NCBI GenBank assembly: GCA_020059585.1
Contig: JAGVBU010000003.1
Coordinates: forward strand, 879-64,878
Length of the DNA stretch: 64,000 nucleotides
Direction of reading: 5' to 3'
Source of the DNA: Minisyncoccota bacterium
GTDB lineage: Bacteria > Patescibacteriota > Minisyncoccia > UBA6257 > GWB1-50-10
Translations under genes and position numbers: made by a program
The notes under the pieces: model-generated
Told to the model about the DNA's origin: nothing
The model's database searches: none
What the model saw: the letters and a program-made list of their open reading frames with translations, nothing else
Shown: piece by piece, positions 38,586 through 48,524 of the stretch
How the letters are laid out: each line of letters starts with the position of its first letter
Position numbering within the stretch: the stretch's first letter is position 1

Positions 38586-39455
38586 ATGTTTTTTTTCATC
38601 ATCAGTGTCATCGTGCTCATCGTCGGAATTGCTGTCTTTGTAACCGGAAAGCAAGAAGAGTCATCGGGAATGAAAGTGGGCGGATCAGTTGTTGCCGGTT
38701 TTGGCGCGTTTCTTATTCTCCTTAACTTTTTCGTAGTTATTCCCGCCGGACACGTTGGCGTAGTTGATTTTTTCGGTAACGTGGCGGAAAAACCTCTTAC
38801 TTCAGGAATCAACGGAGTGAATCCTCTTGCCTCGGTCCATGTGATGAGCGTACAAACTCAGGAGATAAAGGAAGAGATGAGCGTTCCTTCAAAAGAGGGA
38901 CTTACTATAAATCTTGAGATAAGTGCGCTTTTCAAACTTAATCCTAATAGTGCTCCTGAGGTATATCGGACGATTGGCGAGAATTATGTTGATGTGATCC
39001 TTATTCCTCAATTCAGATCGGTGGTGCGTGGCGTGACGGCAAGCTCTGAGGCGAAGATGCTCTACAGTTCTGACCGCGAATCACTTGGTCTTACTATTGT
39101 GAGTGATCTTGAAAAACTAGTGGGAAACAAAGGGATTATCGTGGAAAGCACCCCGTTGCGCGGAATCATACTTCCGGCAAGCTTAACCGCATCAATTGAA
39201 GAAAAGCAGAAGGCGGATCAGGATAATCAACGGATGGAATTCGTGCTTCAAAAAGAATCAAAAGAAGCCGAAAGAAAAAGAATTGAAGCGAAAGGTATAA
39301 AAGATTTCCAGAATATCGTCTCACAGGGAATCAGCGAACAGCTTCTTAAATGGAAGGGCATCGAAGCGACCGAAACACTTGCAAAATCCCCGAATGCAAA
39401 GATTGTCATTATCGGTTCCGGCAAAGATGGTCTTCCTATCATCCTCGGACAGTAA
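38586..39455 (+). CDS. SPFH/prohibitin family protein
   Basis: IPAGHVGV, SKEGL, RSVVR, KEAERKRIEAKG, GLPIILG; GGAGG SD. Confidence 0.92.
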   Translation: MFFFIISVIVLIVGIAVFVTGKQEESSGMKVGGSVVAGFGAFLILLNFFVVIPAGHVGVVDFFGNVAEKPLTSGINGVNPLASVHVMSVQTQEIKEEMSVPSKEGLTINLEISALFKLNPNSAPEVYRTIGENYVDVILIPQFRSVVRGVTASSEAKMLYSSDRESLGLTIVSDLEKLVGNKGIIVESTPLRGIILPASLTASIEEKQKADQDNQRMEFVLQKESKEAERKRIEAKGIKDFQNIVSQGISEQLLKWKGIEATETLAKSPNAKIVIIGSGKDGLPIILGQ

Positions 39456-39559
39456 CCTCCAAATACATATTTTTCATATGCCCCACTTGCGAAAGTGGGG
39501 CATTTTTTTACCATTCGTGTAGAATGATATGTGTCGGTCAACCAATAATTAATTATTTT

Positions 39560-40150
39560 ATGTCAAAAGAATATAGCGCGGAGCCTTTGCGGCTCGATAA
39601 AGATCTGGAAGGAATCAGTTTAAAGTCGGTTACGGAGCATCAGAAGCTCTATGAGGGATACGTGAAAAAGACGAATGAGATACAGGGAAAGATTTCCGCG
39701 GCGGACAAGTTGGAAGCGAACGCGGTCTATAGCGCGATTGGCGAACTGAAGCGACAGGAGACGTTCGCCGTGAATGGAATGAAGCTTCACGAGGCCTATT
39801 TTCCGCTTCTTGGAGGTGATGGCGTCGCGAAGGGGAGAATCCTTGAAATGATTGAGCGGGATTTCGGTTCATATGACGCGTGGAAGGATGATTTTATTGC
39901 AACAGGGATGTCCGCGCGGGGATGGGCGATTCTCGCATACGATTGGAAGGATATGCGTCTTCATAATTACGGCATGGACGCGCAGAACGTGGGGGCCGTG
40001 TGGGGCGCTTCGCCGCTTATCGCGATGGATATGTACGAACACGCGTTTTTTATGGATCATGGAACAAACAAAAAAGCGTATATCGAAGCGTTTTTCAAAA
40101 CCCTCAACTGGGATTTTGTGAATAGTATCGTTGAGAAATATATCGGATAA
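39560..40150 (+). CDS. Fe/Mn superoxide dismutase family
   Basis: EHQKLYEGYV, LHEAYF, DFGSYDAW, DMYEHAF; start at MSKEY. Confidence 0.9.
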   Translation: MSKEYSAEPLRLDKDLEGISLKSVTEHQKLYEGYVKKTNEIQGKISAADKLEANAVYSAIGELKRQETFAVNGMKLHEAYFPLLGGDGVAKGRILEMIERDFGSYDAWKDDFIATGMSARGWAILAYDWKDMRLHNYGMDAQNVGAVWGASPLIAMDMYEHAFFMDHGTNKKAYIEAFFKTLNWDFVNSIVEKYIG

Positions 40151-40176
40151 GTATTGAGTATAAAGTAGTAAGTATT
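40149..40176 (+). repeat. Heptamer tandem array (4 units)
   Basis: AAGTATT GAGTATA AAGTAGT AAGTATT starting in the SOD stop codon. Confidence 0.7.
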
Positions 40177-40221
40177 AAGGGGTCGGGAGTGAAAAAAACA
40201 GCGTGAGATTTCACGCTGTTT

Positions 40222-40584
40222 TTATTTAGTTATTTTTGCTACAAGTTCCTGCAATTGAGGTTCTATACTTTCTCTTCCTCCCTCATTTACCATAAGGAAA
40301 ATTTCTCTGAATGTTTCAATCGGGAGCATCACTTTCGGTTCGCATAGTTCGTTATTTTTTCCTTCTCGCAGCATCCCTAGCGCTCTTCCCACGTCGCCGA
40401 TGTTGTACCACGGCATCTTAATGTTGTTGTGTTCAATGAACGTAAGAGAAGCGATAATTTCTTTTGGTGGAGAGAAAACCCCCTTTTTTTGACTTTTGAT
40501 TAATTTTTCATAAAGCGCCGAAAACGCTTCGTAAAATGTCGAAAAGGATCCAGCTTCTTCTCCTAAAAAGATAGCCTTAAACAT
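40222..40584 (-). CDS. Hypothetical protein (orphan cassette)
   Basis: AAGGAGG SD; TTGACC-N18-TATCGT; bidirectional hairpin at the 3' end. Confidence 0.68.
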   Translation of the reverse strand: MFKAIFLGEEAGSFSTFYEAFSALYEKLIKSQKKGVFSPPKEIIASLTFIEHNNIKMPWYNIGDVGRALGMLREGKNNELCEPKVMLPIETFREIFLMVNEGGRESIEPQLQELVAKITK

Positions 40585-40694
40585 TCCTTCCTCCTTTTTT
40601 GTGAATATCTTCCTCTACGATACAACAAATCATATTCTTTGGTCAATGTGTTTGTTTTGTTTTATATTCTTTCTTTTTTGTGTAAAATGATTGT

Positions 40695-41645
40695 ATGGAA
40701 CAAACAATACAGACGGTAAAAAGACCAGAAACGTCGCCGAAGGATTTTTTTCTTCACTTGTTGTCGATTGTGACTCTTTACGCGAGCGCCATCAGTTTTT
40801 CAACACTTCTTTTTCAGTGCATTAATTACTGGTTTCCCGACGCGCTCGGCGGCTATTACGCGATGAATGCCTCATTTGAGGCGATGCGGTGGGCAATCGC
40901 GATGCTTATCGTCTTTTTCCCCACGTATGTCGCGACAAATGTGTTCTTGAATAAGGATTATCGCGTAGCTCCGGAAAAGAAGGAGCTCCGGATCAGGAAG
41001 TGGCTTTTATATTTCACGTTGTTTGCTGCGGCACTTATTATTCTCGGTGATTTCGTGGCGCTGCTTTTGAACTTCATGCAGGGGGAACTTACTATGCGAT
41101 TTGTGCTGAAAGTGATCGTTATTTTCTTCGTTACCGGTTCGATATTCGGTTATTATCTTTGGGAACTCAAGAACGCGGGTTTCAGCAGTCGAGTGAAGAT
41201 GTTTGTATATATTATTTCGGGAATCATTCTCGCGTCGATTGTCGCGGGATTTCTTATCGCCGGATCACCCGCGAAAGAGCGCGCAAGAAGATTTGATGGA
41301 GAACGCGTCTCGAACCTCCAAATGATACAGTCTGAAATCGTTTCTTATTGGCAGAGAAAACAAACGCTTCCAGAAGATCTTTCGGCGCTTAATGATTCGA
41401 TAAAGGGATTCTCTGTTCCGAATGATCCAAGGACGAGCGCGCCCTATCGATATGAGGTGACGGGTTCCGAGTCATTTTCCCTGTGCGCAACATTCGAAAT
41501 GGAGAGCGGGGAAGGGAATCCCAGAGAATATCCCTATGGAGGATGGGGGGCGAATTGGGATCATCCCGCGGGAGAAAAGTGTTTTGAGCGCTCTATTGAT
41601 AAAGATTTATATCCATTCATTGTTCCTGAAAAAAGAGCACTATGA
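40695..41645 (+). CDS. DUF5671-like membrane protein with pilin-like C-terminal helix
   Basis: PKDFFLHL; IRKWLLYFTLF; GSP..ER..RFD..R..L; P.DP..PY.Y...FSLCATF. Confidence 0.75.
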   Translation: MEQTIQTVKRPETSPKDFFLHLLSIVTLYASAISFSTLLFQCINYWFPDALGGYYAMNASFEAMRWAIAMLIVFFPTYVATNVFLNKDYRVAPEKKELRIRKWLLYFTLFAAALIILGDFVALLLNFMQGELTMRFVLKVIVIFFVTGSIFGYYLWELKNAGFSSRVKMFVYIISGIILASIVAGFLIAGSPAKERARRFDGERVSNLQMIQSEIVSYWQRKQTLPEDLSALNDSIKGFSVPNDPRTSAPYRYEVTGSESFSLCATFEMESGEGNPREYPYGGWGANWDHPAGEKCFERSIDKDLYPFIVPEKRAL

Positions 41646-42388
41646 CGATTCCCGGAAAACGAACCCGCAACATCTATAATCCAAAGAGTGAGGATCCTTT
41701 CAAGCTTTCGCGCTCGAAAATAGAATTATTCACGGAGTGTCCCCGCTGTTTTTATCTTGATCGGCGTTTGGGAGTTGGGCGTCCGCCGGGATTTCCCTTC
41801 ACATTAAACTCCGCCGTTGATACGCTTTTAAAAAAAGAATTTGATGTTCATCGCGCTCGAGGTTCGCGTCATCCGCTTATGGAAACATACGGAGTTGATG
41901 CCGTTCCGTTTCAACACGACATGATGGATGAGTGGCGGGAAAATTTCAAAGGGGTGCAATTCTTTCATCGCCCGACAAATCTTATCATCACTGGCGCCGT
42001 GGATGATCTTTGGGTGAATAAAAAGGGGGAGGTTATCGTCGTTGATTATAAGGCAACCTCAACCGATGCCGAGATCACGCTTGATGCCGACTATCGCGCG
42101 TCATATAAGCGACAGATGGAGATTTATCAATGGCTTATGCGGAAAAACGGATTTGCCGTTTCCGACACGGGATATTTCGTGTATGCGAATGGAAATAAGG
42201 ACAAGGCCGCGTTTGACGCGAAACTTGAGTTCAGCGTCCAGCTTCTTTCCTACAAAGGAAACGATTCGTGGGTGGAGGATGCGCTTTTCGAGATAAAAAA
42301 GTGCCTTGATGGCGCTTCGATTCCGAACGCGGGAAGCCGATGCGAATATTGTCCCTATCGCGACGCCGCACGGTCGTATGAGGTATAA
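41642..42388 (+). CDS. Stand-alone PD-(D/E)XK (Cas4-like) nuclease
   Basis: ECPRCFY; GAVDD..VVDYKAT; QMEIY; CEYCPY. Confidence 0.88.
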   Translation: MTIPGKRTRNIYNPKSEDPFKLSRSKIELFTECPRCFYLDRRLGVGRPPGFPFTLNSAVDTLLKKEFDVHRARGSRHPLMETYGVDAVPFQHDMMDEWRENFKGVQFFHRPTNLIITGAVDDLWVNKKGEVIVVDYKATSTDAEITLDADYRASYKRQMEIYQWLMRKNGFAVSDTGYFVYANGNKDKAAFDAKLEFSVQLLSYKGNDSWVEDALFEIKKCLDGASIPNAGSRCEYCPYRDAARSYEV

Positions 42389-42396
42389 TTGATAGT

Positions 42397-43422
42397 ATGG
42401 ATTATAAGAGAACACAAACATCTTTTTTCTTCTTGGTGCTCATAGGGACGCTTGTGCTTTTGTTTTTTGTGTTTCGCCCGTTTCTCTATCCGCTCCTTTT
42501 TGCGGGGGCATTCGCGCTTGTATTTGAACCTCTTGAAAAAAAAGTGGGAAATCTCGTCGGAAAAAAACGCGCGGGAATTTCAGCATTTCTTACCACCGCG
42601 CTCGTATTCCTTATCATTCTTATCCCTCTTTGGTTTTTCGGGACTCAGGTGTTTTATGAAGGGAAAGATCTTTATGAGGTGTTGACTCGGAATGGCACGG
42701 ACAGTGCTCTTGCCTTCGCGCAAAATTTTGTGCATCAATTTTTCCCCGAGACGTCACTTAATTTTTCCGCGTACGCGACGCAACTTTCAAAATGGGTTGT
42801 GACGAATATCGGCCCTATTTTTTCTGGTGTGACACAAATACTCACGGGTGTGCTCATCAGTTTTCTCGCGCTTTTCTTTTTCCTCAAAGACGGTTCAAAA
42901 ATGAAGGAGGCGCTTTATACGTATAGTCCGCTTGAGGATCGATACGACAAAGAGATTGTAAAGACGCTCACGCAGACGACGCGATCAGTAGTGAAGGGGA
43001 CTCTTGTGGTTTCAATACTGCAAGGAATTGCGGCGGGGATAGGATTTTGGATATTCGGCGTGCCGAGCCCCGCGCTTTGGGGACTTGTGACGGTGGTTGC
43101 GGCGCTTATTCCACTCGTGGGAACGATGCTCGTGGTGCTTCCCGCGACATTATATCTCGCGCTTACGGGCGCGCCTATCTTTGCGCTTGGAATGTTCGCG
43201 TGGGGAGCGCTTATTGTCAGCATGATTGATAACGTGCTTCGTCCGATACTTATGGAGCGTGAGGTGAATATTCATCCATTTCTTATATTTTTGAGTGTGA
43301 TTGGAGGATTGCAATTTTTCGGTCCCGCGGGATTTCTCCTTGGTCCTCTTGTATTGAGTCTTATATTCACCCTGTTTAATATCTATGGGTCAATGATGGC
43401 GCGGGAAGCGCACAAGGAGTAA
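42397..43422 (+). CDS. AI-2E family transporter
   Basis: FFFLKDG; IPLVG; IDNVLRP; HPFLIFLSVIGG; GFLLGP. Confidence 0.92.
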   Translation: MDYKRTQTSFFFLVLIGTLVLLFFVFRPFLYPLLFAGAFALVFEPLEKKVGNLVGKKRAGISAFLTTALVFLIILIPLWFFGTQVFYEGKDLYEVLTRNGTDSALAFAQNFVHQFFPETSLNFSAYATQLSKWVVTNIGPIFSGVTQILTGVLISFLALFFFLKDGSKMKEALYTYSPLEDRYDKEIVKTLTQTTRSVVKGTLVVSILQGIAAGIGFWIFGVPSPALWGLVTVVAALIPLVGTMLVVLPATLYLALTGAPIFALGMFAWGALIVSMIDNVLRPILMEREVNIHPFLIFLSVIGGLQFFGPAGFLLGPLVLSLIFTLFNIYGSMMAREAHKE

Positions 43423-46103
43423 TGGATTATTGGCACGCACGAACTGTCGACGATATCGTTGAATCACTTCAGTCTGATGCCGTTCGCGGGCTTCGCGAAA
43501 AAGATATTTTTTCAAAACGTTCTTTATACGGAGACAACACGATTCCCGAAGGAAAATCGAGGAATCTTTTTTTAATATTTTTAGACCAATTCAAAAGTCC
43601 CCTTGTATATATCCTTCTTGTTGCCTGCATTATTGTGTTCTGGATACGGGAATATGTCGATGCCGGTATTATTCTTGGGGTTATTTTTCTGAACTCTCTC
43701 ATAGGCACTATTCAGGAGGGACGAGCGGAGAAGACTCTTCAGGCGCTCAAACATTTCATTGAGACGGAAGCGACCGTGATACGTGATGGAGAGGAGATTA
43801 TCATTCCTGATAAGGATATTGTGCCGGGAGATATTGTAATGCTTCGGGAGGGAGACAAGGTTCCGGCGGATGCGCGCATCATAGAATTCAGGCATTTTAA
43901 AGTTGACGAAGCAGCACTTACAGGAGAATCCGGCGCAGTCGAAAAATCGAATGTGCTCATGGATGGGAAAAATGTTTCTCCTTCCGATACGAAAAATATG
44001 ATATTCAGGGGGACGAATGTAGTAAGCGGTACGTGTCGGGCGATTGTCGTTGAAACGGGACTTGATACAGAGCTCGGGAAAATAAGTTCCGCCATTGCGG
44101 CAATTGATACGGAAATACCGCTTAAGAAGGACATCAGGAATTTTTCGAAATTACTTGTCGTAGGGATACTTGGCGCACTTACTCTTCTATTCGGGTTTGG
44201 TATTTTCTTGGGACAACCGCTTGGAAACATGTTTATCACCGTAGTATCGCTTGCGGTGTCTATCGTACCGGAAGGACTTCCTGCGGTTCTTACTATTGTG
44301 CTCGCGCGCGGCATGTTCCGTATGGCGAAACAGAATGCACTTGTGAAAAGACTTCAAGCAATAGAGGCATTGGGGCAGGCGCGAATTATTGCGGTTGATA
44401 AGACGGGCACTCTCACGCGAAATGAGATGGTGGTGAGGCGACTTTTTGTGAGTGATTCGTTTTTCGATATTTCAGGTGTCGGATATGAACCAAAAGGAAA
44501 TGTCTTGAAGGATGGAAAAAAACCTGACGATATATGGATGCAAGAAGTTTTTTTTGCCGCGCGTACCGCCGCATCAGGAATTGAAGCGCATGCTGTTTTT
44601 TCCGATACTACAAAGACATGGAAAACATTTGGGGATCCGACGGAAGCCGCACTTTCGGTGTTTGGAGAGAAATTAGGCTTTCCAAAAAAGCGCGTAGATG
44701 AAGAAGATGCCGTTTTTGTCGATATTCCTTTCGATCATGAGACAAAATATCATGCAGTGTTTCGAGAACGGAAAGACGGCTCTCAGTTTGTAATTATCAT
44801 AGGTGCGCCCGAGACGGTACTCTCTCTTTGCAAAAATATACGAAAGAACGGAACACAAGAACTTTTTACAGAAAAGGAGATGCAGAAAATAGAAGAAGCA
44901 ATAAGAATTCTTTCTTCTGACGGTATGCGCATACTTGCTGCGGCGGCATATGAAATTCCGAAAGGAGAGAAAGAAAAGAACGTAAAAAATATAGATGATT
45001 TTTCTCTTGTGGCGCTTTATGGGATTGAGGATTCATTGCGCGAAAATGTGAGAGATTCTGTGCGCCAAGTGATTCAGGCAGGAATACGCGTAGTGATGAT
45101 TACCGGCGATCACAAACTTACCGCCATTGCTATCGCGAAGGATGCGGGGATTTACAAGGAAGGAGATGAGGTGCTGATCGGAGAGGATATACGAACATTA
45201 AGCAAGGATGAATTAAGAGAGAAACTTCCACGCACAAGCGTATTCGCGCGTGTCACACCGGAACATAAGCTTCTTATCATTCAGGCATATAGGGATATCG
45301 GAGAGATCGTTGCGATGACGGGAGATGGGGTGAATGATGCGCCTTCGCTTGTTGCGGCGGATCTTGGTGTTTCTATGGGACGTACTGGTACTGAGGTTGC
45401 GAAAGAGGCGTCCGACATCATTATTCTTGATGATAATATTGCCACTATGGTTGCAGCGGTAGAGGAGGGGAGAAATATATTTAAGACGGTGCAAAGAGTC
45501 ATTTTATATCTTTTCTCGACCAATTTTGCCGAGTTGCTTGTTATTCTCAGTGCGCTTGCGATAGGATTTCCCCTCCCAATTCTTCCCGCTCAGATATTGT
45601 GGTTGAATCTGGTGACTGACGGGTTCCTTGATGTATCGCTTGCCATGGAACCGAAAGAGAAGGGGCTCCTTTCAAGAAAATTCGTACGTTCGAAGAATAT
45701 ATTCACAAAAGCGATGTTTCTGAGAAGTTTTATCATGGCGGTGCCTATGGTCATAGGAACATTGTTCCTCTTTAGTCGGGTATTCCACATTGATATTACG
45801 AAAGGCATGACGATGGCGCTTACTTCTCTCGCGGTATTCCAGTGGTTTAATGCATGGAATTGCAGAACGGAGAAGAAGTCGATTTTTAGCTCGCATCCTT
45901 TTTCTAATCCCTATCTTGTATTCGGTACGATTGCATCAATAGGATTTCAGCTTCTTGCGGTGTATACTCCATTTTTTCAAAAGATACTTAAAACCACCGC
46001 ACTCTCGCTTGCGGACTGGGGGATTATTGTGCTTATCGGTTTAAGTGTCATTGTTGTTGAGGAGATGCGGAAGATTTTTGTGAGAAGCAGGAAGGCGGTA
46101 TAA
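43422..46103 (+). CDS. P-type cation-transporting ATPase (PII, Ca2+-like)
   Basis: TGES, VPEGLP, DKTGTLT, MITGD, MTGDGVNDAP, ILWLNLVTD. Confidence 0.95.
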   Translation: MDYWHARTVDDIVESLQSDAVRGLREKDIFSKRSLYGDNTIPEGKSRNLFLIFLDQFKSPLVYILLVACIIVFWIREYVDAGIILGVIFLNSLIGTIQEGRAEKTLQALKHFIETEATVIRDGEEIIIPDKDIVPGDIVMLREGDKVPADARIIEFRHFKVDEAALTGESGAVEKSNVLMDGKNVSPSDTKNMIFRGTNVVSGTCRAIVVETGLDTELGKISSAIAAIDTEIPLKKDIRNFSKLLVVGILGALTLLFGFGIFLGQPLGNMFITVVSLAVSIVPEGLPAVLTIVLARGMFRMAKQNALVKRLQAIEALGQARIIAVDKTGTLTRNEMVVRRLFVSDSFFDISGVGYEPKGNVLKDGKKPDDIWMQEVFFAARTAASGIEAHAVFSDTTKTWKTFGDPTEAALSVFGEKLGFPKKRVDEEDAVFVDIPFDHETKYHAVFRERKDGSQFVIIIGAPETVLSLCKNIRKNGTQELFTEKEMQKIEEAIRILSSDGMRILAAAAYEIPKGEKEKNVKNIDDFSLVALYGIEDSLRENVRDSVRQVIQAGIRVVMITGDHKLTAIAIAKDAGIYKEGDEVLIGEDIRTLSKDELREKLPRTSVFARVTPEHKLLIIQAYRDIGEIVAMTGDGVNDAPSLVAADLGVSMGRTGTEVAKEASDIIILDDNIATMVAAVEEGRNIFKTVQRVILYLFSTNFAELLVILSALAIGFPLPILPAQILWLNLVTDGFLDVSLAMEPKEKGLLSRKFVRSKNIFTKAMFLRSFIMAVPMVIGTLFLFSRVFHIDITKGMTMALTSLAVFQWFNAWNCRTEKKSIFSSHPFSNPYLVFGTIASIGFQLLAVYTPFFQKILKTTALSLADWGIIVLIGLSVIVVEEMRKIFVRSRKAV

Positions 46104-46104
46104 T

Positions 46105-46146
46105 GAGCATAAAGTAGTAAGTATTTAGTATTAGGTATCGAGTATG
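46105..46146 (+). repeat. Heptamer tandem array (6 units)
   Basis: GAGCATA AAGTAGT AAGTATT TAGTATT AGGTATC GAGTATG; last unit supplies the ATG at 46144. Confidence 0.8.
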
Positions 46147-47871
46147 ACAAACGCAGAAACAAAACAATGTCAATCGTGTAAAGCTGATTTTGTTATCGAA
46201 CCAGAGGACTTCGATTTCTACAAGAAAATCGATGTACCTCCTCCAACGTGGTGTCCGGAGTGTAGGATGATGCGGCGGCTTATGTGGGTAAATTTTTTAA
46301 GTCTCTATAAAAGGAAGTGCAATGTGCCGGGACACACGGAAGATATTATTGCAAAATTTTCTCCTCAGTCGAAAAGAAAAGTCTATGATGCGAAATATTG
46401 GTGGAGCGATGAATGGAATCCGATGGATTACGGACGGGAATATGATTTTTCAAAAAATTTCTTCGAACAATTTCAAGAGATTTCGGAAGTCGTGCCCCTT
46501 AAGAATCTCGATATTACGAATTCGGTAAACTGCGATTATTGCGCATCGGCCGTCGAGTGCAAGAACTGTTATATGTGTTCCGGAGGATATAAAGCGGAGG
46601 ACAGCGTGTATTCGACGCTTATTATCTCAAGCAAAAACTGCGGTGAGACGCTTCAAAGTATAGGGTGTGAATTTCTATATGATTGCGTGGATTGCGCAAA
46701 ATGTTTCCGTGTTGCGCACGCACAGCAATGTGAGAATTGCATGTATTCACAGTTTCTTTATGATTGCCGAAATTGTGAATACTGTTTCGGATGCGTGAAT
46801 CTTCGAAATAAAAAATATTGCATATTTAACGATCAATATACGAAAGAGGAGTATGAAAAGAAAATACAGGAGATGGATATCGGAAGTAGGAGATCGCTTG
46901 AGGAATATCGGAAGCGTTGGGAGGATCTGAAGCTCACATCTCCGCATCGGCACGCGTTTCTTTCGAAGAGTATTGATTGCACGGGTGACATTATCGAAAG
47001 TTCGAAGAATTGTAGACATTGCTTTTGGATCAGTTCCGGCGCGGAAAATTTGAAATATGCAGTTGAGGGGGGATTGGGATTTAAAGATAGTTATGATGTC
47101 TATTCGACTGGAGGTAATTCGGAAATGATATACGAATCCGTCGCGTGCGGATTGGGGAGTAAAAATGTTTTATTCTCGAGCCGTATCCAGCAGAGTCATG
47201 ATGTGTATTATTCGTTTGATTGTTATGGATCATCGAATCTTTTCGGATGTATCAGTTTGAGGAACAAACATCATTGCATTCTGAATAGGCAATATTCGAA
47301 AGAAGAATACGAAGCGCTTGTGCCGAAAATTATTGCGCATATGAAGGCAATGCCGTATATGGATGAGAAAGGAAAAGTATATACATTCGGTGAATTCTTC
47401 CCGTCGGCGATCGCGCCTTTCACATATGACACGAGTACGGCGAATGAGCTTGTGCCGAAAACAAGAAAAGAGCTTCTTGAATTCGGATTTCCTCTTTCTC
47501 AAGGGATCAAACCGGAGCATGTTGCGACTATACAACCAGAGGAACTTCCCGATACGATTGCGGAGACAGATGATTCTATTCTGAATGAGGCGATTGCGTG
47601 CGCCGACAAAGGAGAGTGCGATCATCGATGCACGCGCGTATTCAAAATAGTGCCCGAGGAGTTGCGTTTATTAAGGGATATGAATATTCCTCTTCCAACA
47701 TTATGTTCAAACTGCCGAAATGTCTTGAGATTAAGAAAAAGAAATCCCCTGAAACTCTGGCATCGGAAGTGCATGAAACCGGGATGCACAAATGAGTTCG
47801 AAACATCGTACTCACCCGAAAGGCCGGAGATCGTGTATTGTGAGTCGTGCTATCAGAAGGAAGTGGTGTAG
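46144..47871 (+). CDS. Cys-rich protein with terminal Zn-ribbon modules; paralog of 6969..8645
   Basis: IEPEDFDFYKKIDVPPPTWC and CMKPGCTNEFETSY.PERPEIVYCESCYQ shared with the paralog. Confidence 0.88.
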   Translation: MTNAETKQCQSCKADFVIEPEDFDFYKKIDVPPPTWCPECRMMRRLMWVNFLSLYKRKCNVPGHTEDIIAKFSPQSKRKVYDAKYWWSDEWNPMDYGREYDFSKNFFEQFQEISEVVPLKNLDITNSVNCDYCASAVECKNCYMCSGGYKAEDSVYSTLIISSKNCGETLQSIGCEFLYDCVDCAKCFRVAHAQQCENCMYSQFLYDCRNCEYCFGCVNLRNKKYCIFNDQYTKEEYEKKIQEMDIGSRRSLEEYRKRWEDLKLTSPHRHAFLSKSIDCTGDIIESSKNCRHCFWISSGAENLKYAVEGGLGFKDSYDVYSTGGNSEMIYESVACGLGSKNVLFSSRIQQSHDVYYSFDCYGSSNLFGCISLRNKHHCILNRQYSKEEYEALVPKIIAHMKAMPYMDEKGKVYTFGEFFPSAIAPFTYDTSTANELVPKTRKELLEFGFPLSQGIKPEHVATIQPEELPDTIAETDDSILNEAIACADKGECDHRCTRVFKIVPEELRLLRDMNIPLPTLCSNCRNVLRLRKRNPLKLWHRKCMKPGCTNEFETSYSPERPEIVYCESCYQKEVV

Positions 47872-47875
47872 AAGA

Positions 47876-47910
47876 GAGTATATAGTATTAAGTAGTAAGT
47901 ATTGAGTATG
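47876..47910 (+). repeat. Heptamer tandem array (5 units)
   Basis: GAGTATA TAGTATT AAGTAGT AAGTATT GAGTATG. Confidence 0.78.
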
Positions 47911-47977
47911 GCAGAAAGAAAAATAAAAACCCGATTCAAAATGAATCGGGTCTCTCTTGAGAGAGAAAATTATTTAA

Positions 47978-48388
47978 CTACTTTGCGTCAAGGAAGTCAT
48001 ATTTCAGCAACTTTCGGGCAATAGGTTTTCCGTCGTCGTACGTTGTTTCAAATTCTTCTTTATATGACACGGTCACCTCCTGTCCCTGTTTCAGCCGGTT
48101 CCATAATTCTTTTGCCTGTTTCTGATCATTCTGGATTATAAATTTTCCGTGCTGACATTGGAACACGACCGCGTAACGCTCCTCAACATCGACGGAAGTG
48201 AAACTGACCCCGAGATCAAGATTCATATCGATGGTGGGGGATATGCCGCTGCCGTGAGTCGATGGAGTGTATACCAGATCAACCACGGTTGCTTTTTCAT
48301 AGAGAACTTCGGAACTTTCTCTTTTTGTTTCAATGCATCCGGTGAAAAGCATACTGAAAACGAATACGATAAAAAATATTTTTTTCAT
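47978..48388 (-). CDS. Putative lipoprotein (orphan cassette)
   Basis: Lipobox LFTG-C; AAGGAGGT SD; TTGACA-N17-TATAAT at 48447-48475. Confidence 0.75.
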   Translation of the reverse strand: MKKIFFIVFVFSMLFTGCIETKRESSEVLYEKATVVDLVYTPSTHGSGISPTIDMNLDLGVSFTSVDVEERYAVVFQCQHGKFIIQNDQKQAKELWNRLKQGQEVTVSYKEEFETTYDDGKPIARKLLKYDFLDAK

Positions 48389-48524
48389 CGAGGACCTCCT
48401 TTTGATTCGTAAATTATTTTATTAAGTATTTTTAATATCTTTTATAATTATAACAAATTATCGTATGTTTGTCAATTAATGTTTGTAAAATAAAAATTGG
48501 TGTTGTACGTTCTACTATATAGGT

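Noticed and set aside
41642-42388. Cas4-like nuclease as evidence of CRISPR-Cas
   Set aside because: No repeat-spacer array or other cas genes in the window; heptamer arrays have no spacers
6969-47871. Cys-rich paralog pair as a DGR template/variable repeat
   Set aside because: Differences are mostly synonymous and not adenine-specific; both copies are coding; no reverse transcriptase
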